Positions 28,341 through 37,537 of a stretch of 64,000 nt of DNA are shown piece after piece (the first letter of the stretch is position 1; the number at the start of each line of letters is the position of its first letter). Under the pieces are notes generated by a model that was given only the letters and a program-made list of their open reading frames with translations, searched no databases and had not been told where the DNA came from. Made by a program: the position numbers and the translations under genes. Source of the stretch: Gammaproteobacteria bacterium (GTDB lineage: Bacteria; Pseudomonadota; Gammaproteobacteria; SZUA-140); the NCBI GenBank assembly GCA_026982565.1, contig JALSGV010000042.1, forward strand, positions 11,956-75,955, written 5' to 3'.

Positions 28341-28370
28341 AAAAGGCCAGATGACTCATCTGGCCTTTTT
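28341..28370 (+). terminator. intrinsic terminator after small ORF 1
   Basis: AAAA-GGCCAGATGA-C-TCATCTGGCC-TTTTT. Confidence 0.8.
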
Positions 28371-28423
28371 GGTAATGCACATTACAGGGTTGCGCAGCAG
28401 CAATGGGGGGTGCGCTTCACGGT

Positions 28424-28550
28424 ATCCAATGAAAAAATGCTCCGTGCATTGCAGAAATGATGTTGTTGGGAAAAGTCCAGGGGTATCCCCGCTCCGAAGG
28501 AAATGTCTCGCGTCCTATATGGTTATTCCCAATGGACGGCAGCATCCTGA
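28424..28550 (+). pseudogene. decayed relic of the desaturase 3' end
   Basis: Aligns without gaps to 27842-27968. In the ancestral frame it reads SNEKMLRALQK-stop, then GYS..TAAS-stop. The middle part is roughly half identical. Confidence 0.55.
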
Positions 28551-28662
28551 AATTGTCGCATGCCCCTTTATAACCACTTAATTTCTATAAGGTATTTGGT
28601 ATCTTATTGTTAAATATTATAAATTCCTGACTAAATTCCTTAGTTATTGTGATGAAAAAGGC

Positions 28663-28691
28663 TTGACCTTAAGCCCTTGCTTTCGTAGTGT
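28663..28691 (+). promoter_or_regulatory. sigma-70-type promoter of small ORF 2
   Basis: TTGACC (28663-28668), 17 nt, TAGTGT (28686-28691). Confidence 0.45.
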
Positions 28692-28766
28692 CTAAGGCGT
28701 AGTCCAAAACGTGTACTCGTCAGAACGACATTTCTTGCCATTAAATATAAGAGGGGGAGGGTAATC

Positions 28767-28877
28767 ATGAGCAACAACTGGATCGATATCAGTAAAACGG
28801 ACGGAATCATCTGCATCGTAAGCCTGGGTGTGTGGGCGGTACTGTGGTATCTGGCTGCGACGGCCCTGGCTTTGTAG
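28767..28877 (+). CDS. 36-aa hydrophobic peptide (MSNNWIDISKTDGIICIVSLGVWAVLWYLAATALAL)
   Basis: SD GGGGGAGGG. 29/36 residues are identical to small ORF 1 by hand alignment. Not in the ORF track (under 60 aa). Confidence 0.5.
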   Translation: MSNNWIDISKTDGIICIVSLGVWAVLWYLAATALAL

Positions 28878-28922
28878 GGAATGAGACAGTCACTGCTCGC
28901 AGTTCGAAGCAGGGCACCCAAT

Positions 28923-28955
28923 AAAAAAGGCCAGATGAAATATCTGGCCTTTTTT
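28923..28955. terminator. bidirectional intrinsic terminator (small ORF 2 / rpmG)
   Basis: AAAAAA-GGCCAGAT-GAAAT-ATCTGGCC-TTTTTT. Confidence 0.8.
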
Positions 28956-28983
28956 CGGTTTGGCGTTTTGGGTTCGCGCGAAA

Positions 28984-29139
28984 CTATTTGATCTTGGCCT
29001 CCTTATAGAGGACATGCTTGCGTACGACTGGATCGAATTTCTTGATTTCCATCTTTCCCGGCATGGTGCGCTTGTTTTTGTCGGTGGTATAGAAATGTCC
29101 GGTTCCGGCGCTCGATACTAATCTGATTTTTTCACGCAT
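28984..29139 (-). CDS. rpmG: 50S ribosomal protein L33
   Basis: Hand translation: [51 protein letters not shown] (51 aa). Confidence 0.9.
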   Translation of the reverse strand: MREKIRLVSSAGTGHFYTTDKNKRTMPGKMEIKKFDPVVRKHVLYKEAKIK

Positions 29140-29150
29140 GGTCAGGCTCC

Positions 29151-29387
29151 TTAGACTTTTTCGCCACGCTTGCGCATGTCGGCCAGCACCTGGTCGATGC
29201 CCAGCTTGTCGATGATGCGCATGCCCTTGGAGCTGACGCGCAGGCGCACCCAGCGGTTTTCGCTCTCCACCCAGAAGCGGTGGGTGTTGAGGTTGGGCAG
29301 AAAGCGCCGTTTGGTTTTGTTGTTGGCATGGGAGACGTTATTGCCGACCATGGGCCGCTTACCCGTTACCTGACATACCCTAGACAT
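29151..29387 (-). CDS. rpmB: 50S ribosomal protein L28
   Basis: [33 protein letters not shown]... (78 aa), within the listed ORF 29151..29567. Confidence 0.95.
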   Translation of the reverse strand: MSRVCQVTGKRPMVGNNVSHANNKTKRRFLPNLNTHRFWVESENRWVRLRVSSKGMRIIDKLGIDQVLADMRKRGEKV

Positions 29388-29475
29388 CTTGACTATCCTC
29401 CAGCAGGACTCCACAAAGCAGGCTTTTATACCAGAATCGGGTTCTGCTGGCAAGTGATCCCGCGCTTTCGGTCGT

Positions 29476-30168
29476 CTACAAGAGTCCGCGCTGCGCAAAG
29501 GAGACCACTTCGCCATCGCCGACGACAAGGTGGTCCAGCACCCGGATCTCCACCAGGGCGAGGGCATCCCGCAAGTGACGGGTCAGGGAATGGTCCGCCT
29601 GGCTGGGTTCCGCCACCCCCGAGGGGTGATTGTGCACCAGGATCACGGCGGCTGCGTTGATATGGAGGGCCTGTTTGACGACCTCCCGCGGATGGACGCT
29701 GGCGCCGTTGATGGTGCCGCGGAACATCTCCTCGAAACCCAGCACGCGATGGCGGTTGTCGAGAAACAGGCAGGCAAACACCTCGTAGGGCCGGTCTCGC
29801 AGCAGGCTGACCAGGTAATCCCTCGAATCTTCAGGGCTTGTCAGGGTGGCGTCGTGTTGCAGGGTTTCCCACAAATGGCGCCGGCTCATTTCCAGGACCG
29901 CCTGCAACTGGGCGTATTTGGCCGTTCCCAGGCCGGGGCTGCTGCAGAAACGTTGCTGGTCGGCCTTGAAAAGCGCGCGCAGGCCGCCGTATTCGTGTAA
30001 TAATTGCCGCGCAAGATCCACGGCGGTCTTCCCCTTGCAGCCGGTTCTGAGAAAAATGGCCAGCAGCTCGGCGTCGGAAAGGGCCTGCGCGCCCCTCAGC
30101 AGCAGCCGTTCGCGGGGACGTTCCTCCTTGGGCCAACTGGTAATCGGCATGTTTGACCTCCCTGTCAA
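29476..30168 (-). CDS. radC: RadC-family JAMM-domain protein
   Basis: Motifs HNHPSG and ERLL..G...LSDAELLAI. The start could be 30168 or 30150. Confidence 0.85.
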   Translation of the reverse strand: MTGRSNMPITSWPKEERPRERLLLRGAQALSDAELLAIFLRTGCKGKTAVDLARQLLHEYGGLRALFKADQQRFCSSPGLGTAKYAQLQAVLEMSRRHLWETLQHDATLTSPEDSRDYLVSLLRDRPYEVFACLFLDNRHRVLGFEEMFRGTINGASVHPREVVKQALHINAAAVILVHNHPSGVAEPSQADHSLTRHLRDALALVEIRVLDHLVVGDGEVVSFAQRGLL

Positions 30169-30236
30169 ATGATCATGGCAGGCGATATCTTACACTGGAA
30201 CCCTGTCTCCGGGTACACGATGAACGGACAGAGACA

Positions 30237-31439
30237 ATGACACTGGCAAATAAACGCATTCTCCTGGGGGTGACCGGCAGTATTGCCGCTTACAAGAGTG
30301 CGGAACTCGCGAGGCGGCTGCGCGAGGCGGGTGCGGAGGTGCAGGTGGTGATGACCCGGGGCGGCGCCGAGTTCATCACGCCCCTGACCCTGCAGGCCCT
30401 GTCGGGGCGGCCCGTGTTTCTCCACCACCTGGATGCGGAAACCGAGGCGGCCATGGGGCACATCAGCCTGGCGCGCTGGGCGGACCTGGTGCTGATCGCC
30501 CCCGCCAGCGCCGATTTTCTCGCCCGCCTTGCCCAGGGGCGGGCCGATGATCTGCTGGCCACCCTCTGCCTGGCCTGTGACGGGCCCCTGGCCGTGGCGC
30601 CGGCCATGAACCGGCAGATGTGGGCGCAGGCGTCCACACAGGACAATATGCGACTTCTCCGGGAGCGGGGAGTGCATGTCTTTGGGCCGGGGAGCGGCGA
30701 CCAGGCCTGCGGGGAGAACGGGCCGGGCCGCATGCTGGAGCCGCGGGAGATCGCGGAGCAGAGCGCCGCCCTGTTCGATAGCGGCTTGTTGCAGGGGCGG
30801 CGGGTGCTCATCAGCGCCGGACCCACCCGGGAAGACATCGATGCCGTGCGCTACATTTCCAACCGCAGTTCCGGCAAGATGGGCTTCGCCATTGCGCAAG
30901 CCGCCGTGGAGGCGGGCGCCCGGGTCACTCTGGTGGCCGGGCCGGTGGCCCTGCAGGCCCCGGAGCGGGTGAGGCGCATCGACGTGCGCAGCGCGGCCGA
31001 GATGCGCGAGGCGGTGCTCGGCCGGATGGAGGGGCAGGATATTTTCATTGCCGCCGCCGCCGTGGCCGACTACCGGGTGGCGCGGCCGGCGGCCGGCAAG
31101 GTCAAGAAGCAGGCGCGGCTGATACTGGAACTGGAGCGCAATCCTGATATCCTGCGTGCCGTGACGGCCCTGCCGGTCCCGCCTTTCACCGTGGGTTTCG
31201 CCGCCGAGACGGAGAATGTGGCGGCTTACGCGCGCGCCAAGCTGCGCGACAAGGCCCTGGACATGATCGTGGCCAACGAGGTGGGGCGCCATGACCGGGG
31301 CTTCGACAGCGACGACAATGAACTGCTGGTGCTCTGGAAAGGGGGGGAGAAAAGCCTGCCCCTGGGGCCCAAGGGCCGCCTGGCCCGCGAGCTGATTACC
31401 TTGATAGCGGAGAGATATGGTGCAAAAGATACAGCTTAA
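30237..31439 (+). CDS. coaBC: bifunctional phosphopantothenoylcysteine decarboxylase / phosphopantothenate-cysteine ligase
   Basis: [21 protein letters not shown]...; ~400 aa. The listed ORF starts earlier, at 30153. Confidence 0.9.
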   Translation: MTLANKRILLGVTGSIAAYKSAELARRLREAGAEVQVVMTRGGAEFITPLTLQALSGRPVFLHHLDAETEAAMGHISLARWADLVLIAPASADFLARLAQGRADDLLATLCLACDGPLAVAPAMNRQMWAQASTQDNMRLLRERGVHVFGPGSGDQACGENGPGRMLEPREIAEQSAALFDSGLLQGRRVLISAGPTREDIDAVRYISNRSSGKMGFAIAQAAVEAGARVTLVAGPVALQAPERVRRIDVRSAAEMREAVLGRMEGQDIFIAAAAVADYRVARPAAGKVKKQARLILELERNPDILRAVTALPVPPFTVGFAAETENVAAYARAKLRDKALDMIVANEVGRHDRGFDSDDNELLVLWKGGEKSLPLGPKGRLARELITLIAERYGAKDTA

Positions 31440-31875
31440 GATACTGGACCCGCGGCTCGGCAGGGATCTGCCCTTGCCGGACTACGCCACTTCGGGATCG
31501 GCGGGCATGGACCTGCGTGCCTGCCTGGACGAGCCCCTGGAGATCCGCCCCGGGGAGACGCAGCTGATCCCCACAGGGCTGGCCATCCATATTGCCGATG
31601 AATCACTGGCCGCGGTCCTGTTGCCGCGTTCCGGCCTGGGACACAAGCATGGTATCGTGTTGGGCAATCTGGTCGGCCTCATCGACTCCGACTACCAGGG
31701 GCAGGTCTATGTTTCCTGCTGGAACCGGGGCGATCAGCCCTTCACCATCAACATCGGTGAGCGCATCGCGCAGATGGTATTCGTGCCGGTGGTGCAGGCG
31801 GCCTTCGAGATCGTTGGGGAATTCAGCGACAGCGAGCGCGGAGCAGGCGGCTTTGGTCATACAGGGCGGCATTGA
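31417..31875 (+). CDS. dut: dUTP diphosphatase
   Basis: 152 aa; [29 protein letters not shown]. Confidence 0.95.
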   Translation: MVQKIQLKILDPRLGRDLPLPDYATSGSAGMDLRACLDEPLEIRPGETQLIPTGLAIHIADESLAAVLLPRSGLGHKHGIVLGNLVGLIDSDYQGQVYVSCWNRGDQPFTINIGERIAQMVFVPVVQAAFEIVGEFSDSERGAGGFGHTGRH

Positions 31876-31941
31876 CGATACGGCCGGGACAACAATGCCT
31901 GAACTCACGGGTTCAGGCAATAATCAATCTGAGGTGGCAAG

Positions 31942-33342
31942 GTGGCACGGGAACAACAAAACATCATGCAGGACGTCCCTGCATCCATTTTCAAGGCCTA
32001 CGATATCCGCGGCATCGTCGGCGGGACACTGACCGACGACATGGTCTATCACATCGGCCGCGCCATCGCCAGCGAGGCCGGCGCCCGTGGCCAGCAAGGC
32101 ATCGTGGTGGGGCGCGACGGGCGCCTCTCCGGCCCTGCCTTCATCGCGGCCCTGAGCCGGGGCATACAGGATGCCGGAGTGGACGTCGTCGATATCGGCA
32201 TGGTGCCTTCCCCGGTTCTCTATTATGCCACCCACGCTCTGGGTACCCGCTCGGGCATCATGGTGACGGGGAGCCACAACCCGCCTGACTACAACGGTTT
32301 CAAGATCGTCATCGATGGCGAGGCCGTCTCCGGCGCGGGCATCCAGGCCCTCAAGGACAGGATAGAGCGGCGGGACTACCGCAGTGGCGCGGGCAGCCGC
32401 AGCGAAAAAGCCATCATCTCCGATTATATCCAGCGCATCGTGGCGGACGTGCGCCCCGCCCGCCCTTTCAAGCTGGTGGTGGACTGCGGCAACGGCGTGG
32501 CCGGCGTGGCGGCGCCGCAATTGCTGCGCGAGCTGGGCTGCGAGGTGAGCGAGCTGTTCTGCGAAGTGGATGGCAATTTCCCCAATCACCACCCCGACCC
32601 GGGCCAGCCCGAAAACCTGGTGGATGTGATCGAGGCGGTGAAAAAAGAGGGCGCCGACCTGGGCCTGGCCTTTGACGGCGACGGCGACCGCCTGGGGGTG
32701 ATCGACGCCGCCGGCAATGTCATCTGGCCCGACCGGCAGATGATGCTGTACGCGGCCGACATCCTCTCGCGCCACCCCGGCGCCACCATCATCTACGACA
32801 TCAAATGCACCAGACACCTGGGCGAGGTCATCGCGGCCCACGGCGGCAACCCCCTCATGTGGAAGACGGGGCATTCCCTCGTCAAGGCCAAGATGAAAGA
32901 AACGGGCGCCCTGCTGGCGGGTGAGATGAGCGGGCATATCTTTTTCAAGGAGCGCTGGTATGGTTTCGACGACGCCCTCTATACGGCGGCGCGCCTGCTG
33001 GAGATCCTGGCGCGGGATGGTCGCAGCGTCACGGAGATCTTCGCCGCCCTGCCGGATGCGGTGAGTACGCCCGAACTGCGCGTGGATATGCAAGAGGGTG
33101 AGCATTTCAAATTCATGGAGCGCTTCATCGGGCAGGCCAGGTTTCCCGGCGCGGAGATCACCACCATCGACGGCATCCGCGCCGATTTCAACGATGGCTG
33201 GGGGCTGATCCGTCCCTCCAATACCACCCCTTCGCTGATCATCCGCTTCGAGGCCGACAATACGGAAGCACTGGCGCGCATTCAGGAGGCGTTCAGGGAG
33301 GCTATTCTGGCTGTCAATGGCGACCTGACCTTGCCTTTCTGA
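31942..33342 (+). CDS. algC: phosphomannomutase/phosphoglucomutase
   Basis: IFKAYDIRG, TGSHNPPDYNGFK, FDGDGDR, GEMSGH. Confidence 0.85.
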   Translation: MAREQQNIMQDVPASIFKAYDIRGIVGGTLTDDMVYHIGRAIASEAGARGQQGIVVGRDGRLSGPAFIAALSRGIQDAGVDVVDIGMVPSPVLYYATHALGTRSGIMVTGSHNPPDYNGFKIVIDGEAVSGAGIQALKDRIERRDYRSGAGSRSEKAIISDYIQRIVADVRPARPFKLVVDCGNGVAGVAAPQLLRELGCEVSELFCEVDGNFPNHHPDPGQPENLVDVIEAVKKEGADLGLAFDGDGDRLGVIDAAGNVIWPDRQMMLYAADILSRHPGATIIYDIKCTRHLGEVIAAHGGNPLMWKTGHSLVKAKMKETGALLAGEMSGHIFFKERWYGFDDALYTAARLLEILARDGRSVTEIFAALPDAVSTPELRVDMQEGEHFKFMERFIGQARFPGAEITTIDGIRADFNDGWGLIRPSNTTPSLIIRFEADNTEALARIQEAFREAILAVNGDLTLPF

Positions 33343-33420
33343 ATCGACTGGGTTTGCATTGCCTGCGCCCGGGCCGTAAGCTTTGACGTGAGGCGTTTAT
33401 AAACCCGATCGTTGCATATA

Positions 33421-33581
33421 TCCTCTCTCCCTCCGGAGGGTGTTGTAAAAGTCATTCGTAGGTTGGGCTGAGGAACGAAGCCCAACAGTAACAGCTTGAA
33501 AAGCCAAACATGTTGGGCTTCGTTCCTCAGCCCAACCTACAGAAAAACCGGCTTTTGCGACACCCTCCAAAGGGAGAGGGG
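33421..33581. repeat. nested palindromic REP/MITE-like element
   Basis: Inner perfect 30-bp arms at 33458-33487 and 33511-33540 (GTAGGTTGGGCTGAGGAACGAAGCCCAACA and its reverse complement). Outer arms CCTCTCTCCCTCCGGAGGGTGT / ACACCCTCCAAAGGGAGAGGGG pair at 19/22. Confidence 0.8.
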
Positions 33582-33623
33582 TTGTAAGCATCTGATCCAG
33601 ATTTTTTTATTATCAAAAATTAA

Positions 33624-34529
<906 letters not shown>

Positions 34530-34581
34530 ATGGGGTTGAAAACCCGTAAGCGCATGCCAAGCTCACGACCGGGCCCGCACG

Positions 34582-35337
34582 ATGGACTGGCTTGATCAGA
34601 CGATTCTCTTTGTGGCGGCCCTGCTGGCCAATACCTTCTCGGCCTTGTCGGGCGGCGGCGCCGGGCTGATCCAGTTGCCGGTGCTGATCTTCCTCGGCCT
34701 GCCTTTCGGCATCGCCCTGGCCACCCACAAGGTGGCCTCCGTGGCCCTGGGCGTGGGCGCGACCCTGCGCTATCTCAAGGCGGATATCATCGAGCGCAGG
34801 TTTGCCCTGTTCATGCTGCTGGCGGGCCTTCCCGGCGTGGTGCTGGGGGCCAGCCTTATTCTGGCGGTGCCTGACCGCGTGGCCCAGGCGGCCCTGGGGA
34901 TGCTCACCATGGGCCTGGGTGTCTATTCATGGTTCAAGAAGGATCTGGGCCATCACCATGCCCCCAGCCACCGCGACCGGCGCGGCTATGTGCTGGGCGG
35001 GCTGGGGCTGTTTCTCATCGGCATCATCAACGGTTCCCTGACCTCCGGCACCGGCCTGTTCGTCACCCTGTGGCTGGTGGGCTGGTTCGGGCTGGACTAC
35101 AAGCGGGCCGTGGCCTACACCCTGATCCTGGTGGGCATGTTCTGGAACGGCAGCGGCGCCCTGACCCTGGGCCTGCAGAGCGCCATTCAGTGGAGCTGGC
35201 TGCCGGCCCTGTTGCTGGGGTCGGTCCTGGGGGGCTTCGCCGGGGCGCACCTCGCCATCGTCAAGGGCAACAGCTTCATCAAACGGGCCTTCGAGATCAT
35301 CACCATCCTGGTGGGCGCCAAACTGGTGTTTGGCTAA
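34582..35337 (+). CDS. TauE/SafE (DUF81) family anion exporter
   Basis: 251 aa, ~8 TM, internally duplicated glycine-rich TM pattern. Confidence 0.75.
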   Translation: MDWLDQTILFVAALLANTFSALSGGGAGLIQLPVLIFLGLPFGIALATHKVASVALGVGATLRYLKADIIERRFALFMLLAGLPGVVLGASLILAVPDRVAQAALGMLTMGLGVYSWFKKDLGHHHAPSHRDRRGYVLGGLGLFLIGIINGSLTSGTGLFVTLWLVGWFGLDYKRAVAYTLILVGMFWNGSGALTLGLQSAIQWSWLPALLLGSVLGGFAGAHLAIVKGNSFIKRAFEIITILVGAKLVFG

Positions 35338-35375
35338 TACCGCGTCAAAGTTATAACCTTGACGCGGTATTAGCC
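35332..35375. terminator. perfect 17-bp-stem hairpin shared by the convergent TauE-like gene and pyrE
   Basis: GGCTAATACCGCGTCAA-(10 nt)-TTGACGCGGTATTAGCC. Both stop codons lie inside it. Confidence 0.6.
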
Positions 35376-36016
35376 TTGCTGCCGTATTGGGCCTGGTAGG
35401 CGCGGATGCGTTCCAGCACCGCGGCCATCTCCGGCTTCTCCTCCAGATAGCGGATGAGGATTTCCAGGCTGGCGATGTTTGCCACCTCGACCCCATAGTC
35501 GTTTTCGATTTCCTCGATGGCCGAGGTGTCCCCCGTGCCGCGTTCCTGGCGGTCCAGGGAGATCACAACCCCCGCCAGCGTTGCGCCCTCGTGGGCAATG
35601 ATGGCGCTGGACTCGCGCACCGAGGTGCCCGCGGAGATAACGTCGTCGATGACCAGTACGCGCCCTTGCAGGGGCGCGCCGACGATGACGCCGCCTTCGC
35701 CGTGGGTCTTGGCCTCCTTACGGTTGAAGGCATAGGGCACGCTGCGCTGGTGTTTGTCATAGAGGCCGATGGAGGCGGCCACGGCCAGGGGGATGCCCTT
35801 GTAGGCCGGTCCGAACAACATGTCGAACTCGATGCCGGAGGCCATGATGGCGTCGGCATAGTAACGCCCCAGGCGGGCGATGGCCTCTCCCGTGTTGAAC
35901 AGGCCGCTGTTGAAGAAATAGGGGCTGTTGCGGCCCGATTTCAGCGTGAACTCGCCAAAGCGCAATACGCCGTTGGCAATGGCGAAGTCAAGAAATTCCC
36001 GCTGGTAGTCCTGCAT
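35351..36016 (-). CDS. pyrE: orotate phosphoribosyltransferase
   Basis: [13 protein letters not shown]...[13 protein letters not shown]. Confidence 0.95.
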   Translation of the reverse strand: MQDYQREFLDFAIANGVLRFGEFTLKSGRNSPYFFNSGLFNTGEAIARLGRYYADAIMASGIEFDMLFGPAYKGIPLAVAASIGLYDKHQRSVPYAFNRKEAKTHGEGGVIVGAPLQGRVLVIDDVISAGTSVRESSAIIAHEGATLAGVVISLDRQERGTGDTSAIEEIENDYGVEVANIASLEILIRYLEEKPEMAAVLERIRAYQAQYGSKANTASRL

Positions 36017-36217
36017 GGCTGGGTGATCCTGTGATTGAAAAGGCCCCCATTCTAGCGATTCGCGGATGGGAGGGGAATATTGTCAAGGGAATAAAGGCGC
36101 AAGGGCGCCAGGTACACAAATGACCCCGGGGGGAGTGTGTGAGGGGGTGTGCTTCATGTGTACCCGATGCCCTTGCGAAGGGGGGGAGTGGATGTGTGGA
36201 AATCATTTCCCATCATT

Positions 36218-36790
36218 TCAGCCGCGCAGGAATGCCTCTTCTTCCTCGCTCAAGGCCGGCGTGGCTTCCCTGAAGGGGTTGATGGTCGTGGTATCCAGGG
36301 CGGTATCACCGAGTTCACCCTCTTTCTGGCTTTCCAGGAAGAGGCCGATTTCCCCGTTGACCTCCAGCGCCCTTACCAGGAAATATGTCAGGGATGGGCA
36401 GATGCGCTTGAGATAGGCGCCTCCCGGCGGCGGCGTCGGCGCAAGGATCATGAGACGGATGTTTTCCATCTGGAAGCCGCCGCGGTTGTTGCCATTTTCC
36501 TTGAACAGGGCGGGATAGAGCCGGTAGAACCAGGCGCGGTTGCCGCTCAGGCCTTCCATGACGTTGAGCCCGTTCATCAGGGCGCGGCCGCCGTCACGGC
36601 TGTCGCAGCACAGCAGGGCCGGCTTGCCGGTCGCGTCCAGGGCCAGGATGTGATTGCCCTCATAGGGCAGATCGTTGCTGACGACCGTATGAGGCTTTCC
36701 CAGAAACTGGTCCAGGGACTCGTAGACGAGTTCGAACAATACCTGGTTGGATGACAAAGGGATCTGTCTGATATGCATGTGCCGGGTCAT
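36218..36790 (-). CDS. 190-aa protein of unknown function, acidic C-terminal tail
   Basis: Start MTRHMHIRQIPL at 36790 overlaps the upstream stop (ATGA). GC3-rich codon usage. The listed 381-aa ORF (to 37363) carries an Arg-rich out-of-frame artefact as its N-terminal half. Confidence 0.55.
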   Translation of the reverse strand: MTRHMHIRQIPLSSNQVLFELVYESLDQFLGKPHTVVSNDLPYEGNHILALDATGKPALLCCDSRDGGRALMNGLNVMEGLSGNRAWFYRLYPALFKENGNNRGGFQMENIRLMILAPTPPPGGAYLKRICPSLTYFLVRALEVNGEIGLFLESQKEGELGDTALDTTTINPFREATPALSEEEEAFLRG

Positions 36791-37524
36791 GTTGGGGTCC
36801 TTTCCTCTGTGAGGGACTGTTGATAATCCTGCCAGTCCTGGATGATCATCCTGGCAATATGATGAATAGCGTCTGTCTGAAACCCGGCCTGGTCCTCCGT
36901 GGCGCCCCAGGACGGTGGCGGCAATGGCAGGGCGCCGTAGCTGGTGACGTGCAGGCTGAGAAACCGTTGCGCGGCAGTGGCCAGCTTGGTGTAGTGATAG
37001 CGCGCCGACCTGGACGAGGCAGCGCCGGTAATGGCGACTCCAATGGGCGCATGAAGGTCTCGTTCTGTCAGTGCCTTGAGGCGCGCATAGGCTTTGCGCA
37101 ATCCCTCGTGATTGGCCTGGACCAGCATCAGGCACTGCGCGCCGTCCGCCAGGGGGGATGCCTCCACGCAGGTGGTGGCGTACAGGAGATAGGGATAGGG
37201 CGGGCTGCCCCGCTCTTTCAGACCGTTGCGCAAGGTTGCGAATACCCTGCCTGATTCCATGTTTCTCTCCGCTGCGCCGTGCGCATCCCAGGGAACATGG
37301 AGAGAAACGCTGTTTGCAGTCGGCCCCGGCATGATGGCTACGCCTGGAGCGCCATGTCGGCAAAGCGCTTCCGCCAGCAAGGATAGCGGCAGGTGGGCTT
37401 CATGCCCGGGTGCATGGGACAGGATCAGGCTGACGACGGGGCAGGCGGGTGGCGCTGCTGACTCATCGTCATCACTGAGAAAGTGATGGCTGATCTGCGC
37501 CAGGCGCTCCCGGGCGCTGCCCAC
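36787..37524 (-). CDS. MinD/ParA-like fold protein lacking the Walker A P-loop (putative pseudo-ATPase)
   Basis: 245 aa, GTG start 13 nt after the ParA stop. VVSLILSHAPGHEAH sits where KGGxGKT would be. The later pattern (CLMLVQANHEGLRKAYARLKAL...IGVAITGA...RFLSLHVTSYGALP) mirrors MinD/FlhG strand-helix motifs. Confidence 0.5.
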   Translation of the reverse strand: MGSARERLAQISHHFLSDDDESAAPPACPVVSLILSHAPGHEAHLPLSLLAEALCRHGAPGVAIMPGPTANSVSLHVPWDAHGAAERNMESGRVFATLRNGLKERGSPPYPYLLYATTCVEASPLADGAQCLMLVQANHEGLRKAYARLKALTERDLHAPIGVAITGAASSRSARYHYTKLATAAQRFLSLHVTSYGALPLPPPSWGATEDQAGFQTDAIHHIARMIIQDWQDYQQSLTEERTPT

Positions 37525-37537
37525 CGGTGTCTCTTGT

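Larger units (their letters stand above)
27842..28423 (+). repeat. tandem duplication unit A (desaturase 3' end + promoter + small ORF + terminator)
   Basis: Collinear with 28424-28960 at an offset of 582-591 bp (hand alignment). Confidence 0.7.
28424..28960 (+). repeat. tandem duplication unit B
   Basis: See unit A. The promoter, leader box GTAGTCCAAAAC, small ORF and terminator are conserved, but the desaturase-derived part has diverged. Confidence 0.7.

Noticed and set aside
28080-28921. Track ORFs 28080..28289 (69 aa), 28351..28581 (76 aa) and 28640..28921 (-, 93 aa).
   Set aside because: The first starts at the TTG of the -35 hexamer, and only its last 37 codons have an SD. The second reads across the decayed desaturase relic out of frame. 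The third is antisense to small ORF 2 and has no SD.
28984-29139. Apparent +1 frameshift in rpmG (L33) on a first pass.
   Set aside because: It was my own transcription slip. Re-reading codon by codon gives an intact 51-aa L33 with the canonical [19 protein letters not shown]-terminus.
36149-37363. Long ORFs 36149..36754 (+, 201 aa) and the N-terminal half of 36218..37363 (-, 381 aa).
   Set aside because: Their Arg/Ala/Gly-rich composition is typical of out-of-frame or antisense ORFs in high-GC DNA. The minus-strand genes 36218-36790 and 36787-37524 have sensible sequence, GC3-rich codons and an ATGA junction.
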